A DNA stretch of 64,000 nt from a virus: IMG/VR virus record IMGVR_UViG_2919361683_000002, positions 17,711-81,710 of that record, one strand, 5' to 3'. How positions within the stretch are numbered: position 1 is the first letter of the stretch; each line of letters begins with the position of its first letter. Shown in pieces: positions 9,801 to 19,737 of the stretch. The notes under the pieces were generated by a model. The model was not told the DNA's origin and did not search any database. It saw only the letters and a list, made by a program, of their open reading frames with translations. The translations under genes and the position numbers were made by a program.

Positions 9801-10293
9801 CATTTGTGCTTGAGAAGTCAAATGCTCTGTAAGTTAACTTGAAATCAGCATCGATATAATCGATTTTCCAAGTTGTTGGTGCAAGAATTTCATTCAATAT
9901 TTGTTCGGCATGATATGATTCTACGGTCAATCCCCGTATTGCAAAACCAACCAGCAGACCAGCAGTAGAAATACAATTCAGAGTTCGAATATCGGATTCA
10001 TCTGAACTAGAATCTTCAATGCTTTTAATGTAATACCAATCAACATTATTTCCACTTACCACCTTAATCAGATATCTTTCTCGAATTAGACCGATGTTTT
10101 TATTCGGTACTAAGCGATGATTGACATCGATATAAAAGGGGATGGATAACTCTAATTCATTAATATCGTGCCATGTAGTAGAAATTTTATCATTAAACGC
10201 CTCACTTATTTTGCTTATGATTGTCCTGTCTGGTCTACATAAAAAATATTGAGGTTGAATAGGTTTTAAATTGTAATCAATTTCTCCGAGCAA
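6856..10293 (-). CDS. Large minor tail/baseplate protein (SPbeta YomG-like)
   Basis: 1145 aa directly after TMP; prophage tail domain (VTRLKGFG), coiled coil, C-terminal beta-rich repeats. Confidence 0.85.
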   Translation of the reverse strand: MLGEIDYNLKPIQPQYFLCRPDRTIISKISEAFNDKISTTWHDINELELSIPFYIDVNHRLVPNKNIGLIRERYLIKVVSGNNVDWYYIKSIEDSSSDESDIRTLNCISTAGLLVGFAIRGLTVESYHAEQILNEILAPTTWKIDYIDADFKLTYRAFDFSSTNVLDAILTVGETYNAITIFNTDKNTISLQKPELTGTNKGLTFSWNKYLKSMTRHSTSEPIVTRLKGFGQDDMTFEKVNPTGQNYVESFQYFMYPFERDANRKVIRHSDYMSDSLCHALLDFEALIESKKTEFNAYLKEQQGYEKQLALLEVDMDKLVKNEVVVADTKISQQFDLKMFFEKYEHSGSSSRRFKLSSDFGYAVMIKVDDTTGVTVSLDGSNKAVSSNQWRLLGKVRYQDHVNVSISGGNTGVYIQVCNISIDEYDSGTDSKIIERYSLDNKEMQIKQKQAEIDAVKANLTTVSNKISNLRSTFAYDKNFTHEQMMELSDSYIITQDYSDSKYIDEQDLYDETMKKFKELLRPQLSMEIDIVNFLEIIEAQYDWKKMNLGDFVNIKYEPTGVDVTARIIKVEYDYEQSNISLTISNVKDVSRMGNEFDKLFQDVRTHGVTLDLNKFKYDKAVFDSSEMNKLFENVWNREKERLEMAINETVTFDHTGITIVDDKDPMRWLKLTHGAMGLTRSGGNKYETCISADGLVAEQVLGKIILGERVVIGDTTGVFTIEGSKLTIQDRCKREVVKLGLLEENPDKFGLRFNRFEEPNVCGNDKVLNKFTFDNEDGFKLERNRNGSFEKTLYTSPDGDLFMKGNFQAGEGERVFRIDKDGLALGSSNWSSAPFHADYYGKVWMTGAELSDSLVVDSKFQVGSGNRVVVIDRNGIRVGATDDSAPAAIYMDGRARFKNLQLTDPNGRFLLDTATRDLNMDGWNILGAGRVDAQLIAANMVTSDMGYISALVAGRLSTLTNAALSDWSNYIRIEGNTAKWITGKVKGAGKQKTLDDGKPLYWKNSTQSGQMTTDETEWPVLEYEMDEKAKMEAGFEGSGDSSTPFWRMGIGDGGSGGSGIGWIKKPNGSFDFIYNASNTAKERSLKLTDEGILLKSDSGKFNVLSKDVNIIGDQGNIKISNGKASIVLSADGKITFNGTRYDFM

Positions 10294-10341
10294 TGTATCA
10301 CCTCTTTAAATTGATGGTGGGGGAGAGGTGATCCCCACCGA

Positions 10342-13300
10342 TTATAGATTGAAGCCATAATTATTTCCTAGAACGCCTCTCTTTGATTGTGCTTTAGCGG
10401 CATCAATTAATTTGTTTAAGATGGTCGATCCTGATTCCTTATCATTTGCATGAATTTCAACCTTTTCAAAATGAAAACTATTAACATTAGAAGCAGTAGA
10501 CGTATTATTATTTTTAACAAAGTTGGGGGTAAAGGTACTCTTAACTGAATCAACGATGCCACGGGTTACATCAATGATTTTCAACAAATTACCCGTATCG
10601 CTCTTATTAAGAACCAATTCCTTTTCATGGGCTAACAGAAATTTACCGCCAGAGAAAGTAGGGGTCATACCTCCTGTATCAGCACTAAACACTTTCTGTT
10701 TAACCAGATAATCGTAGCTTCCATCTGGAAACCCCCATTTTGAGCGCATTGCATCATTTTCAGCTTTAAGAGACTGAAATTGTGCTTGAAGACTTTTAAT
10801 TTTATTGTTATCTGGTTTCTTTTCGCGCTGTAATTGAACGACTTGCTTAGAAATATTTTCAGCCTTTTGCTTGTTGGAAAGGTATTTCTGCCAATCTCCT
10901 TTTTCTTTTTCCTTATTGCTGCCGTTACCTGAACCAGTTCCGTTTCCATCGCCAGTTCCTATACCCGTGTTGTTTCCGATTCCACTATCTAAGTTTAAGA
11001 AGTCATCAAGTTTGCCTTGATCCATAGTAAGGCTGTCCAACATGTTTTGCATTTGCTTACTTGTTTCCAATGATTGCTCTTGAAGGAAGGTGAAGAACTT
11101 AGAATACTCGCCTTTTAGTTCATCAATCACAGATTTTACCTTAGTCTTGTCATTGGACATGAGGTCTTGCTTCATTCTATAGAATCGTTGTTCGTCTTCA
11201 AGAATGTCATCATACTTCTGCTCAGTAAGTTCTTTTTCTCTATCGATGTTATCTGTAATTGCGTCATGAGTTCGATCTTCAGCATCTTTGGTTTTATCAA
11301 GGTACTTTTTGCGGTCTTCTAACTGGTCATTCAAGCCTTCTTTACGTAATTCACGCTCACGGTCAAGTTTAAACTTATCGATCTCTTCATTTTTTGCATC
11401 TAGCTGATCGGTTAAATCTTTCCTTTTAGCCTTGGCTTCATAGGAATTATTAAGAGCAAGCTCATTAATTTTATCCTGAATCTTTTGACGCTCATCTAGC
11501 TTCTTTTTGAGTTCTTTGTCGTAATCATCTGATTCGCTTGTACGATCCAACTCTTGAAGTTGGCGTTTAATAATCTCTTCAAATCGATCAGATTCTTCTT
11601 CGAGATTTTTTAATCGGGCTTCATGCCGCTTATCTTCAGCTTCTTTTTGCTTATCGATAGCCTTTAAAGCTAAATCCTTCTGCTTCTCAATCTGTTTCTT
11701 GTAGGCTTCAATAATCTTATCGGCAGCAGCAGATTTAATTGAATAGATAGCATTGTTGTACTCAAGATTCTTCAGAGTTAGATCTTGTAGCCGTTTAGAC
11801 AATTCTTCTTTATTTTGCAAATTCAACTTTTCATTTTTCAATTGTCTCTCTACAGCTAAAATCTCTTTCTCTGTAGCTACACGTTGCTCATTTATCAACC
11901 CGATCTGAGTAATAAGCTCTTGTTGATATGCCTTTGAGTTTTCGTCCAACGATTCCATACGAGCCTTGGACAGAGCTATCTTATCAGCAGCAGCGTTAAT
12001 CTTCTTCTCATATTCATCAAGATTGGAGACAATGACAGCATAGTATTTTTCTTGTTTCTGTTGTTCTAGTTCCCACCACTTTGTACTATTCGAAGCTTTC
12101 TGCTTATCAAACTCACCAGCCGTAATCTTATTTTGCTTAACAAGGTTATCAAGATTGATATTCTGAGAAACCAATTCCTTTTGCTGCGCTGTCAACGACT
12201 TAATTTGAGCTGATTCTTCTTTTCTCCAGTTTGCCGATACTTGATCATATTTAGCCTGTCTACCTTGGGACTTAGCAATGTCAGCGTCCAAGGCATCCAG
12301 CTTGTTCTGGCTCATTGTTACGTAGTTCTCAATATAATCAACACGAGCTTTATAGATGTTATCGTATGTAGTTGTTCTATTTTTTCGTGCATCTTCTTGT
12401 GCTTTTGCTAAGTCCGAGGCAGAAGGGAGGGTGTACTTGTTTTTAGATTTCCCACCAGAAACAGAAGAGGTATCACCATCATAATAACGTAATACGTTAC
12501 TTACATAGTTGGTGTCTCCATAAACTTTGCTTCCCGTTTTCTGCTTTTGCATAGCTGAGAACTTCTTCATGTTTTCAACAGAATATCCACCGTTTTTATT
12601 GAAGAAATCCAAAATTCCCGGCCCCATGTTATACATAGCTAATGCAATATCTACATTACCAGTTTGATTGAGGTACTTAGCAAACATCTCTGTGCCAGCT
12701 TTTATACTGTTTTCGGTAGTTGTATATTTCCCAAGTTTGCTGACCTGCATGACATTTTTAATGCCATTAGCGCCATTTCCTGATTCTTGTTGAATGATTG
12801 CCTTAATTAATGCAGGATCTACACTATTTGCTGATGCATATTTGTTAATCAGTTCTGCGTTTTTACCTGTAACTTTACTATTAGACGATGATGCAACGGA
12901 TGTTGAAGTAGGGAGGGCAGAAGCACCGGGAATGCGTGTAGCTCCATCATAGCGAGTTGCCCAATATTTGTCGTTTAGGTTGCCTTGCTTTAATCCCGAA
13001 TTGCCCATTTGCATAAAGTTTCCATCACCCATATAAACACCAACATGGGAATGTGCCTTACCATTAGTATTGAAGAATACCAAGTCGCCTTTCTGCAATT
13101 CCTTTTTACTCGTTACAGCAGTACCTTGTTTTGCTTGTTCGGCGGCAGTGCGAGGCAGCTTAATGTCGAGGAACTCCTTAAACATTTCCTGCACAAACTG
13201 AGAGCAATCTGATGTAGCTCTTTGTACAAACTCATCATATGTACCTTTGTACTCGCCGTTAATTTGTTTATATTTAAACGCTCCAGAAGAAGAGAGGGAT

Positions 13301-16300
13301 AACGCTTCTTCTATCATAGAATCTAAACCAGTACCACCTTTTGTAGTAGTGGTAACTTTTGTAGACACTAATTTAGAGGGATTTTTAATGCCTTCTGTGT
13401 ACAATTCAGCTTGCTTTTCAAGAAGTTTTATCTGTTCCTTTAGGGCTTTGCCGTATTCCTCTGTTCCTTTTTTTAATCGACTCATTCGACTAGTCTGTGC
13501 ATCTTGAGCAGCAGCAATCTCTTTAAGTTTCTTCTGAGTTTCCGTTAAAATTTCATTAGTTTCTGACAAAGAGTCGTTGTATTGATCGTTTTTCTTGGTG
13601 GCTTCTTTACTAATTCCAAAATTAGGATCAGAATAAATACCTAGTAATTCTTTTCCCTTAGATGCCTTTTCTTCTAACTCCTGAACGCTTTTAGAAATCT
13701 CATCATACTGCTCTTTAAGTGCATCGTTTCTGGCTTTTCTGGCTTCCTCAAACATAGGGTTATAATATACTGTCTTACCCAAGTTGAAATCAAACTTCTC
13801 TTCATAACCCAAACCCTTACGCATTTCAGGAGACAGTGCTGCGATCTTTGCGTTTGCTATTTCATCCTCAATAGCCGCCAAAGCTTTTTTAGCATCTGCT
13901 AAATCTTTTACACTCTTTAACTCAAGACCGTATCCGTTTATAGTGCTAATGGAAGCATTAATCGCATTTAAGCTCCGTTGCTTATCTCCTTCAATTGACT
14001 GCTTAATCATTTTCAACTGAGCTTCTCTTAGATCGTTGACTGCCTCAGTTTCTAATATGTATCCATCTTTGACTTTTTTCACACTAGCGGCTAATTGAGG
14101 ATTTTTTTTGATTAATTCTGCAACTGTTTCTGCACTCAAATAGCCATTTTTTTGTTGATCATACAATGCTTGATTTAAGGTTTTGAGTTCGGAAGAGCTG
14201 TCGTCAAGCGCTTTGTTTAATTTTTCAAAAGCATCAGAAGCGTCATCTGTTGCATTAGCCATTTTACTATCAGCACCAGCTAATTGATCGGTTGCCTCAA
14301 TGTTAGTCATGTACTTCTGATTAGCATCGTCCAACTCTTTAGATAAAGTTTGTTGCTTGCCAGTAAATTCATCAACTTTACTTTGAGCCATAGCAATCAT
14401 TTGATAGTAACCTTGAATCGTTTCTGGGGATTTTGCAAAAGCGCCTGCAATTGAATTGTCATTCATTATTGTATCTAGATCATTTTTATACTTCTTTAAA
14501 TCTTCTTTTGCTTTTTTTAGCGCTTCTTCATTATTTTCGTATTCATTCTTCTTTTTATCATAGGCTCCACGAGCTTCTTCGGTATTCGCTTCAGCAGCAG
14601 CTTGTTTTTTTTGTTTTAATAGTTCGATTTCATACTTGACTGCATCTTCACTGAAATGTGCGGCTTTTAATCTTTTCAATCCTTCTTCTGTTGCGGTTAT
14701 ACCAACAGCTTTATACATTTCTTCTAATTGTTTTTGAGCGGTTGCTTGTTGTTGGGCAGAAAGTGTACCGCCGTCCATAGCTTTCTTGTATTTGTTGATA
14801 GCATCTGCAACTTTAGGCAAGAAATCGATTTGTCGCTTATATTGATTGATTTGCCGTTCTCGCGCCTCTATACTGTCATTTATCTGTTGAGTTTCGTCAC
14901 GCTGCGCTTTTTCTGCTGTACCCAAGCCCACAGCCAATGAAGCTAATAATCCAATGACAACAGATATACCCATTGTTGCTATACTTGTTGTAACGGCAGC
15001 TCTAGCAGATGCAGCAGTCTGTGCATTTATCGCAACAGTTGTTGCCTCAGTTGCTACTGTTCTCCCAACCTCAGCAGTCGAAGCGGTTCTTGAGGTTACA
15101 GCATGGGCGGCATTAGCAACAGAACTTGCAGTAACAGCGGCAGTCTCTTCGTTTGTTACGACTATCATGCCTTGTCTCATAGCTTTTACAACAATCATTG
15201 AATCAATAGCTGTTTTGATAGGAGATTTAAGTGCAACAAATGCCGCTCCTAGTGCAACTACAGCTGTACTTACACCAAAGATTGATGAAGGTATTTTTGA
15301 CATACCAATAAACAATTGATCAGTAATATCAAGTATAGTCTTTATCATACTACGTAATCCATCATTACCAGCTGTGTTGAAGATATCAATGAATGACGTT
15401 TTTACCTGTGAGGCTTTACGGGAGATGGTATCCATTTGAGTAGTTAAGTATTCTAATGTGCTTCCAGTAGATCCAATAGAGTATGCTGTACCCAATAAGA
15501 TATCACCGGGTTGGAGGGATGCTGCCAACTTCGCATACTGATAGACACCACGAGAAATGGCTGCATAAGATTGAGTTAAATCATAATTCTTATCGATTAC
15601 CGCAATAGACAAATCCAGCAAGATATCTTCTGCCTTGCGCCATTCTTCAACGCCGTTCACAACCTTTTTAGTCTCAACACCAAGACTCTCAATTTCATTA
15701 ACAGCCTTACTGGTTCGAATAGTACCCAAGACAGTCTTCCACATATTACCTAGATTTTCACCAGATAATGCGGTATTACGCATACCCGATGAAATCAAAC
15801 CATTCATAAAATCAAATGAAACTCCAGTCTCTTGAGCAATCTTACCTGTTCGTTCGAAGGCAGCTCCCAAATCTCTAGCCGGGGCCATAGTTTCGTGCGC
15901 CACCTTACTCCAAGAATCTAGGATTCGACCCCCATATAATTGTGCATCATTTGTATTCTTAAGTTGGACACCATATTGAGCTAGCACCGATTCCATTGAT
16001 TTTGTGGCATCTTCAAGACTCACCAAATCAACTGTGGAAAGCATAGTAGATTGACGTACTAGGGTCTGAACAACACCAACATCTTTATACATACGGCCCC
16101 AGAGACGTGCAGACTCAATTACATCAGTGATGGCGGCGGCTTGGTCGTGCGCTGTTTGGATGAACTGTCTTGACTCATTATTAACCTTCTGCATATCCAA
16201 AGAGCCTTTTTGTAGACCTTTAAAGTAGTGCTCATTTGTTTGAATATACCCTGCCATGTGACTCTCAATGTCAATCATGCCTTTGAATCCAGCAGTAATA

Positions 16301-17436
16301 CTAGAAAAAACAGTGCCATACATCGCACCAGCAATCATATGAGCGCCAATTGATTTAATGGCGTGTCCAACTTTTTCACCAAAACTTGCAACCTGTGTAC
16401 TGGCTGATTTAGCTGATGACTCTAAATCTTTAAATCCTTGCTGGATTTGTTTCATTTTCTGCTTTAGGTTTGCATCATTAATATCTAATTTTGAAGCAGA
16501 AGAGAGGAGGGAAGAGAGGTCAGTCTGATTAACATTTGAACCATATTTGGTGCTCAATCTTTGTGCGTTGGTTTCTGCTTGTTGCTTAAACTCTTTAAGA
16601 TTCTGGATTTTTTTCTGATTTGCTTGACGTTCAGCGACTTCTTGCTGACCAAGTGAACGAACCCACCAGTCCTGATATTCCTTACGAGTCGCCTGAATTG
16701 CATCCTGATTCTTTTTATCGGCTGCACGTTGTCTATCCGCATTTTCCTGAATAGCTTTTTGCTGATTTGTAGCTAATTGACGTTCAGCCGTATTTACTCT
16801 TTCCATGGACTTAATACGTCCATCATACATCTGGTTAACAAGAGACTCTTGATCTTTTAGCGTTTTAGCATGATTGATTATCTCGTCGTACTTTTTTACA
16901 ATGCCATTTTGATCAATATTAGCTGTAACTTTTTGTCCAATTTCTTTGTTTTCATATGTATTTTTATAACCAACTACTTGACCTTTACCATTCTTAATAG
17001 CTTTCTCATTGGCTAATGCATAGCCTTTTAGCTCAGATTCCAACTGCTGAATTGACTTTCGTTGTTTGTCATAAGCTTCAGTCTCTTGCTGCAATTTTTG
17101 TTTATGTTCATCAATAACTTTGTTGGTCTTAGTAATGATATTGTTGTCGGCTGATCTTAGCTCAGTTATTTTTTCAATACTTCCATCTAGTCTTTTATAT
17201 GTAGTAGTGGTTTCACTAACAATCTTATTTTGTTGTTCCATTGCTAAATTTAACTTATTAGCAGCGGATACAAAACTATTCATACTTGATACAAAGCTCT
17301 TATCAAAATTGATCTTAATATTCAAGCTTTGAAGGGAGGGGTGCTTACTTAGAGCCTTCAATTTTTCATTGATATTTCCTATACTAGCTCCCATATTTAG
17401 GTCAGCTTGTACCAGAATCTTAAGCATATCTGCCAT
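10342..17436 (-). CDS. Tail tape measure protein with NlpC/P60 peptidase and lytic transglycosylase domains (YomI/CwlP-like)
   Basis: 2364 aa helical/coiled; DCSQFVQ..LPRTAAEQ..GDLVFF..HVGVY; AIIQQES..ALAMYNMG. Confidence 0.95.
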   Translation of the reverse strand: MADMLKILVQADLNMGASIGNINEKLKALSKHPSLQSLNIKINFDKSFVSSMNSFVSAANKLNLAMEQQNKIVSETTTTYKRLDGSIEKITELRSADNNIITKTNKVIDEHKQKLQQETEAYDKQRKSIQQLESELKGYALANEKAIKNGKGQVVGYKNTYENKEIGQKVTANIDQNGIVKKYDEIINHAKTLKDQESLVNQMYDGRIKSMERVNTAERQLATNQQKAIQENADRQRAADKKNQDAIQATRKEYQDWWVRSLGQQEVAERQANQKKIQNLKEFKQQAETNAQRLSTKYGSNVNQTDLSSLLSSASKLDINDANLKQKMKQIQQGFKDLESSAKSASTQVASFGEKVGHAIKSIGAHMIAGAMYGTVFSSITAGFKGMIDIESHMAGYIQTNEHYFKGLQKGSLDMQKVNNESRQFIQTAHDQAAAITDVIESARLWGRMYKDVGVVQTLVRQSTMLSTVDLVSLEDATKSMESVLAQYGVQLKNTNDAQLYGGRILDSWSKVAHETMAPARDLGAAFERTGKIAQETGVSFDFMNGLISSGMRNTALSGENLGNMWKTVLGTIRTSKAVNEIESLGVETKKVVNGVEEWRKAEDILLDLSIAVIDKNYDLTQSYAAISRGVYQYAKLAASLQPGDILLGTAYSIGSTGSTLEYLTTQMDTISRKASQVKTSFIDIFNTAGNDGLRSMIKTILDITDQLFIGMSKIPSSIFGVSTAVVALGAAFVALKSPIKTAIDSMIVVKAMRQGMIVVTNEETAAVTASSVANAAHAVTSRTASTAEVGRTVATEATTVAINAQTAASARAAVTTSIATMGISVVIGLLASLAVGLGTAEKAQRDETQQINDSIEARERQINQYKRQIDFLPKVADAINKYKKAMDGGTLSAQQQATAQKQLEEMYKAVGITATEEGLKRLKAAHFSEDAVKYEIELLKQKKQAAAEANTEEARGAYDKKKNEYENNEEALKKAKEDLKKYKNDLDTIMNDNSIAGAFAKSPETIQGYYQMIAMAQSKVDEFTGKQQTLSKELDDANQKYMTNIEATDQLAGADSKMANATDDASDAFEKLNKALDDSSSELKTLNQALYDQQKNGYLSAETVAELIKKNPQLAASVKKVKDGYILETEAVNDLREAQLKMIKQSIEGDKQRSLNAINASISTINGYGLELKSVKDLADAKKALAAIEDEIANAKIAALSPEMRKGLGYEEKFDFNLGKTVYYNPMFEEARKARNDALKEQYDEISKSVQELEEKASKGKELLGIYSDPNFGISKEATKKNDQYNDSLSETNEILTETQKKLKEIAAAQDAQTSRMSRLKKGTEEYGKALKEQIKLLEKQAELYTEGIKNPSKLVSTKVTTTTKGGTGLDSMIEEALSLSSSGAFKYKQINGEYKGTYDEFVQRATSDCSQFVQEMFKEFLDIKLPRTAAEQAKQGTAVTSKKELQKGDLVFFNTNGKAHSHVGVYMGDGNFMQMGNSGLKQGNLNDKYWATRYDGATRIPGASALPTSTSVASSSNSKVTGKNAELINKYASANSVDPALIKAIIQQESGNGANGIKNVMQVSKLGKYTTTENSIKAGTEMFAKYLNQTGNVDIALAMYNMGPGILDFFNKNGGYSVENMKKFSAMQKQKTGSKVYGDTNYVSNVLRYYDGDTSSVSGGKSKNKYTLPSASDLAKAQEDARKNRTTTYDNIYKARVDYIENYVTMSQNKLDALDADIAKSQGRQAKYDQVSANWRKEESAQIKSLTAQQKELVSQNINLDNLVKQNKITAGEFDKQKASNSTKWWELEQQKQEKYYAVIVSNLDEYEKKINAAADKIALSKARMESLDENSKAYQQELITQIGLINEQRVATEKEILAVERQLKNEKLNLQNKEELSKRLQDLTLKNLEYNNAIYSIKSAAADKIIEAYKKQIEKQKDLALKAIDKQKEAEDKRHEARLKNLEEESDRFEEIIKRQLQELDRTSESDDYDKELKKKLDERQKIQDKINELALNNSYEAKAKRKDLTDQLDAKNEEIDKFKLDRERELRKEGLNDQLEDRKKYLDKTKDAEDRTHDAITDNIDREKELTEQKYDDILEDEQRFYRMKQDLMSNDKTKVKSVIDELKGEYSKFFTFLQEQSLETSKQMQNMLDSLTMDQGKLDDFLNLDSGIGNNTGIGTGDGNGTGSGNGSNKEKEKGDWQKYLSNKQKAENISKQVVQLQREKKPDNNKIKSLQAQFQSLKAENDAMRSKWGFPDGSYDYLVKQKVFSADTGGMTPTFSGGKFLLAHEKELVLNKSDTGNLLKIIDVTRGIVDSVKSTFTPNFVKNNNTSTASNVNSFHFEKVEIHANDKESGSTILNKLIDAAKAQSKRGVLGNNYGFNL

Positions 17437-17503
17437 TACGTTTAAGTCACTTCCTTTTTTTACTTTAGAAAAATAGAAAAAAGAAGAGACTTAATATCTC
17501 TTC

Positions 17504-17926
17504 TTACTGTTCATCCTTATATTTAATTTGTTCTACAATTTCACAGAAACGAACATACCAGTCTCCTTCGATACCAGTAAATTCGGTTGGGCCACGATTG
17601 ATCACCGATTCTTTAACAGATAGGAGCATTGCTTTTCGTTCTTCTGTTTCATCAATCACAACTTCTTCATTATAAAGCTTGTTTAATTCGGCAATTCGTT
17701 CATTATCTTTCTCAAAGGTATACTTTCCGTTTTCAATGATGAGATTGTTGTCTTTATCCCTAATCGCATAATCTAAGTTGATATCATTGGCATCATTAAG
17801 AAGTTCAGCATAATGGTCTGCAAGCAACCCTTTGAATTTAACTCTATGTCTTGTATCACTTCTGTCTGTTTTTAATTTATCTAGATAAGCTATAAAATTT
17901 TCAAGTTCAAATTTGTATAGTTTCAT
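17504..17926 (-). CDS. Phage protein (DUF1617-like)
   Basis: 140 aa, GGGAG RBS; YA.RD....I.E.GKY pattern. Confidence 0.65.
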   Translation of the reverse strand: MKLYKFELENFIAYLDKLKTDRSDTRHRVKFKGLLADHYAELLNDANDINLDYAIRDKDNNLIIENGKYTFEKDNERIAELNKLYNEEVVIDETEERKAMLLSVKESVINRGPTEFTGIEGDWYVRFCEIVEQIKYKDEQ

Positions 17927-17961
17927 ATTAGCTCCCTTAACATTAAGATATCTAATTGTGG

Positions 17962-17996
17962 TAAAAGGATAGTTTTACTTAGATTGTTTTACTTAG
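17962..17996. repeat. TAAAA-N6-TTTTA site (spacer GGATAG) with duplicated arm GTTTTACTTAG
   Basis: Perfect site 17962-17977; 11-bp direct repeat at 17972-17982 and 17986-17996. Confidence 0.75.
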
Positions 17997-18180
17997 TCCA
18001 ACATGTGACGTAGGGTTCTTGCCAACGTTCTTTATTGAAAAGAAGGGGATTATCAGGGTATTGTTTGTGAGTTGAGAATGTTTTCTTTTGAATGAGAAAA
18101 TAAAATTTTGCAATTTCTTCGGATGTGCCCTCAACTTCAAAACCGTTGATTTTAGCTTTCATGTTCAACTTCTCCTTCAT
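17989..18180 (-). CDS. Small protein coupled to the recombinase (likely start MKAKINGFEVEG)
   Basis: Overlaps the recombinase 3' end; stop lies in the duplicated arm. Confidence 0.6.
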   Translation of the reverse strand: MKEKLNMKAKINGFEVEGTSEEIAKFYFLIQKKTFSTHKQYPDNPLLFNKERWQEPYVTCWTK

Positions 18181-19198
18181 AGTCTTTACCGATATGGCTT
18201 TTCAACTTGCCTAAGCTCTTCCATTTGCGATCTTTAGCTGTTAAATCGTTGTAGATGCGATACATGTCGGCACTCGTCCAACCCATAAGCTCAATAATAA
18301 AATCTGACTCAAGTCCAATTCGAGTTAGATTTGTAACAAGGTAGTGTCGAAGGGAGTGAAAATAGAAGGGTGTTTCCAAAAACTTTTCCCACTTAGTACT
18401 CCAACTTCTAACTGTACTAACCTCTGCTGGTTCACCATTCGATTTGATAAACAGGTAGTCATGTTCTTTATCATTCTTTTGCATAATCTTTTCTCGTTCT
18501 ACAATCCAAGCTTGGTAATAGGGCCAGAACTTTTCTTTAAATATGTATTTGTATAGAAGCTTTCCTTGCTTGCCGAACCCCTTAGTCTTAATCTCTTTAG
18601 TGGTTTCTAAGAATAGACCGTCAAAAGCAGTGTTATTCTCATCAATTATCGAAGTTGTAAACCTCAACAATTCAGAAACTCTTGCACCACTATTTGCAGC
18701 TAAAGCGAGAAGACACGCCTCTTGAGGCTTACTTAAGTCGTCGCTCAAGTGTTTTAGAAGAGCATCAACCTGATCTTCGAGCAATATAGTTTTTTCACGA
18801 ACAGGGTTATTCTTGAGATTATCGATTGATTTAAGAATCACGTTACGGAAACTTGGATATTCGTCATCAAAAAAGTTCTCAATAAAGTTGGAAAAGCTAC
18901 TTAAACACGATTTCATTCTACCGAAACGCTTAGGACTCCATTTTAACTCTTCAATTGCATAGCTAAAGAAATCGGAAAATTCAATCTTTTTGATATCTAC
19001 AAAAAACTTATTGTCATTCTCAAGGAGATTCCAAGTGAAGAATATGTTCAAATCACTTTTATATCCTTTGATCGTTCCATCTGAACATTTCATATTTTTT
19101 TCTTTTATAAAACGATTAATCATTTTAACGTTCTTTGGATTAAATTGTGCAGTTAATTCTTCGTTTGTTATTACCTTGAAAAATGTTTTTCTTGCCAT
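18152..19198 (-). CDS. Tyrosine recombinase (SPbeta YomM-like)
   Basis: SGARVSE (R), KTKG (K), HSLRH, MGW, YRIY (Y): full catalytic set; syntenic with yomM. Confidence 0.92.
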   Translation of the reverse strand: MARKTFFKVITNEELTAQFNPKNVKMINRFIKEKNMKCSDGTIKGYKSDLNIFFTWNLLENDNKFFVDIKKIEFSDFFSYAIEELKWSPKRFGRMKSCLSSFSNFIENFFDDEYPSFRNVILKSIDNLKNNPVREKTILLEDQVDALLKHLSDDLSKPQEACLLALAANSGARVSELLRFTTSIIDENNTAFDGLFLETTKEIKTKGFGKQGKLLYKYIFKEKFWPYYQAWIVEREKIMQKNDKEHDYLFIKSNGEPAEVSTVRSWSTKWEKFLETPFYFHSLRHYLVTNLTRIGLESDFIIELMGWTSADMYRIYNDLTAKDRKWKSLGKLKSHIGKDYEGEVEHES

Positions 19199-19289
19199 TC
19201 ACATCAAATCCTTATGTATTATTAATGAGTATTTAGGTGAACTCATCACGGTATTTTGCAAGCATATAAACACACTCCCTATGTTTGTA

Positions 19290-19305
19290 TAAAATAGCTC
19301 TTTTA
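19290..19305. repeat. TAAAA-N6-TTTTA site (spacer TAGCTC)
   Basis: Contains the TAA stop of the 19303-19737 gene; upstream of the recombinase. Confidence 0.75.
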
Positions 19306-19737
19306 CTTAACTTCCACATCAAGTCCTTGACGTGATAATCCCCTATGAAGTGCCGCAACATGAGCATTAGTATCATGCAGCTTCTCGACAGTCTTCTCAA
19401 CGAATGGGCGAGGACGATCAGAATAAGCGAATTCGAAATCGTAACCCTGACCAGTTTCTACAACTAGACCAACATTCTTACTTCCATCCATACGATGACT
19501 TTCAATGGATACAATATCCTGTCCAATCATATCGACAATCATATTGCGCTCATCTGTTAGCCCTCCTTGATCACGTTGTCTTTCGTAGACTGTGGGAGTA
19601 TATACATCATAAACATTATCCTGTATTGACTGTTCCATATTAACTTTTACTGTATTAGCGACATCGACTTGTAAAGATGAGGCGATTTTTTGCTTCAATA
19701 GTCTTTCCAATTCAGCAAAACTATTCGCTGTTGGCAT
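19303..19737 (-). CDS. Putative tail completion protein (YomN/HK97 gp10-like)
   Basis: VYDVYTP..YER and PRPF motifs; tail-region position. Confidence 0.7.
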   Translation of the reverse strand: MPTANSFAELERLLKQKIASSLQVDVANTVKVNMEQSIQDNVYDVYTPTVYERQRDQGGLTDERNMIVDMIGQDIVSIESHRMDGSKNVGLVVETGQGYDFEFAYSDRPRPFVEKTVEKLHDTNAHVAALHRGLSRQGLDVEVK

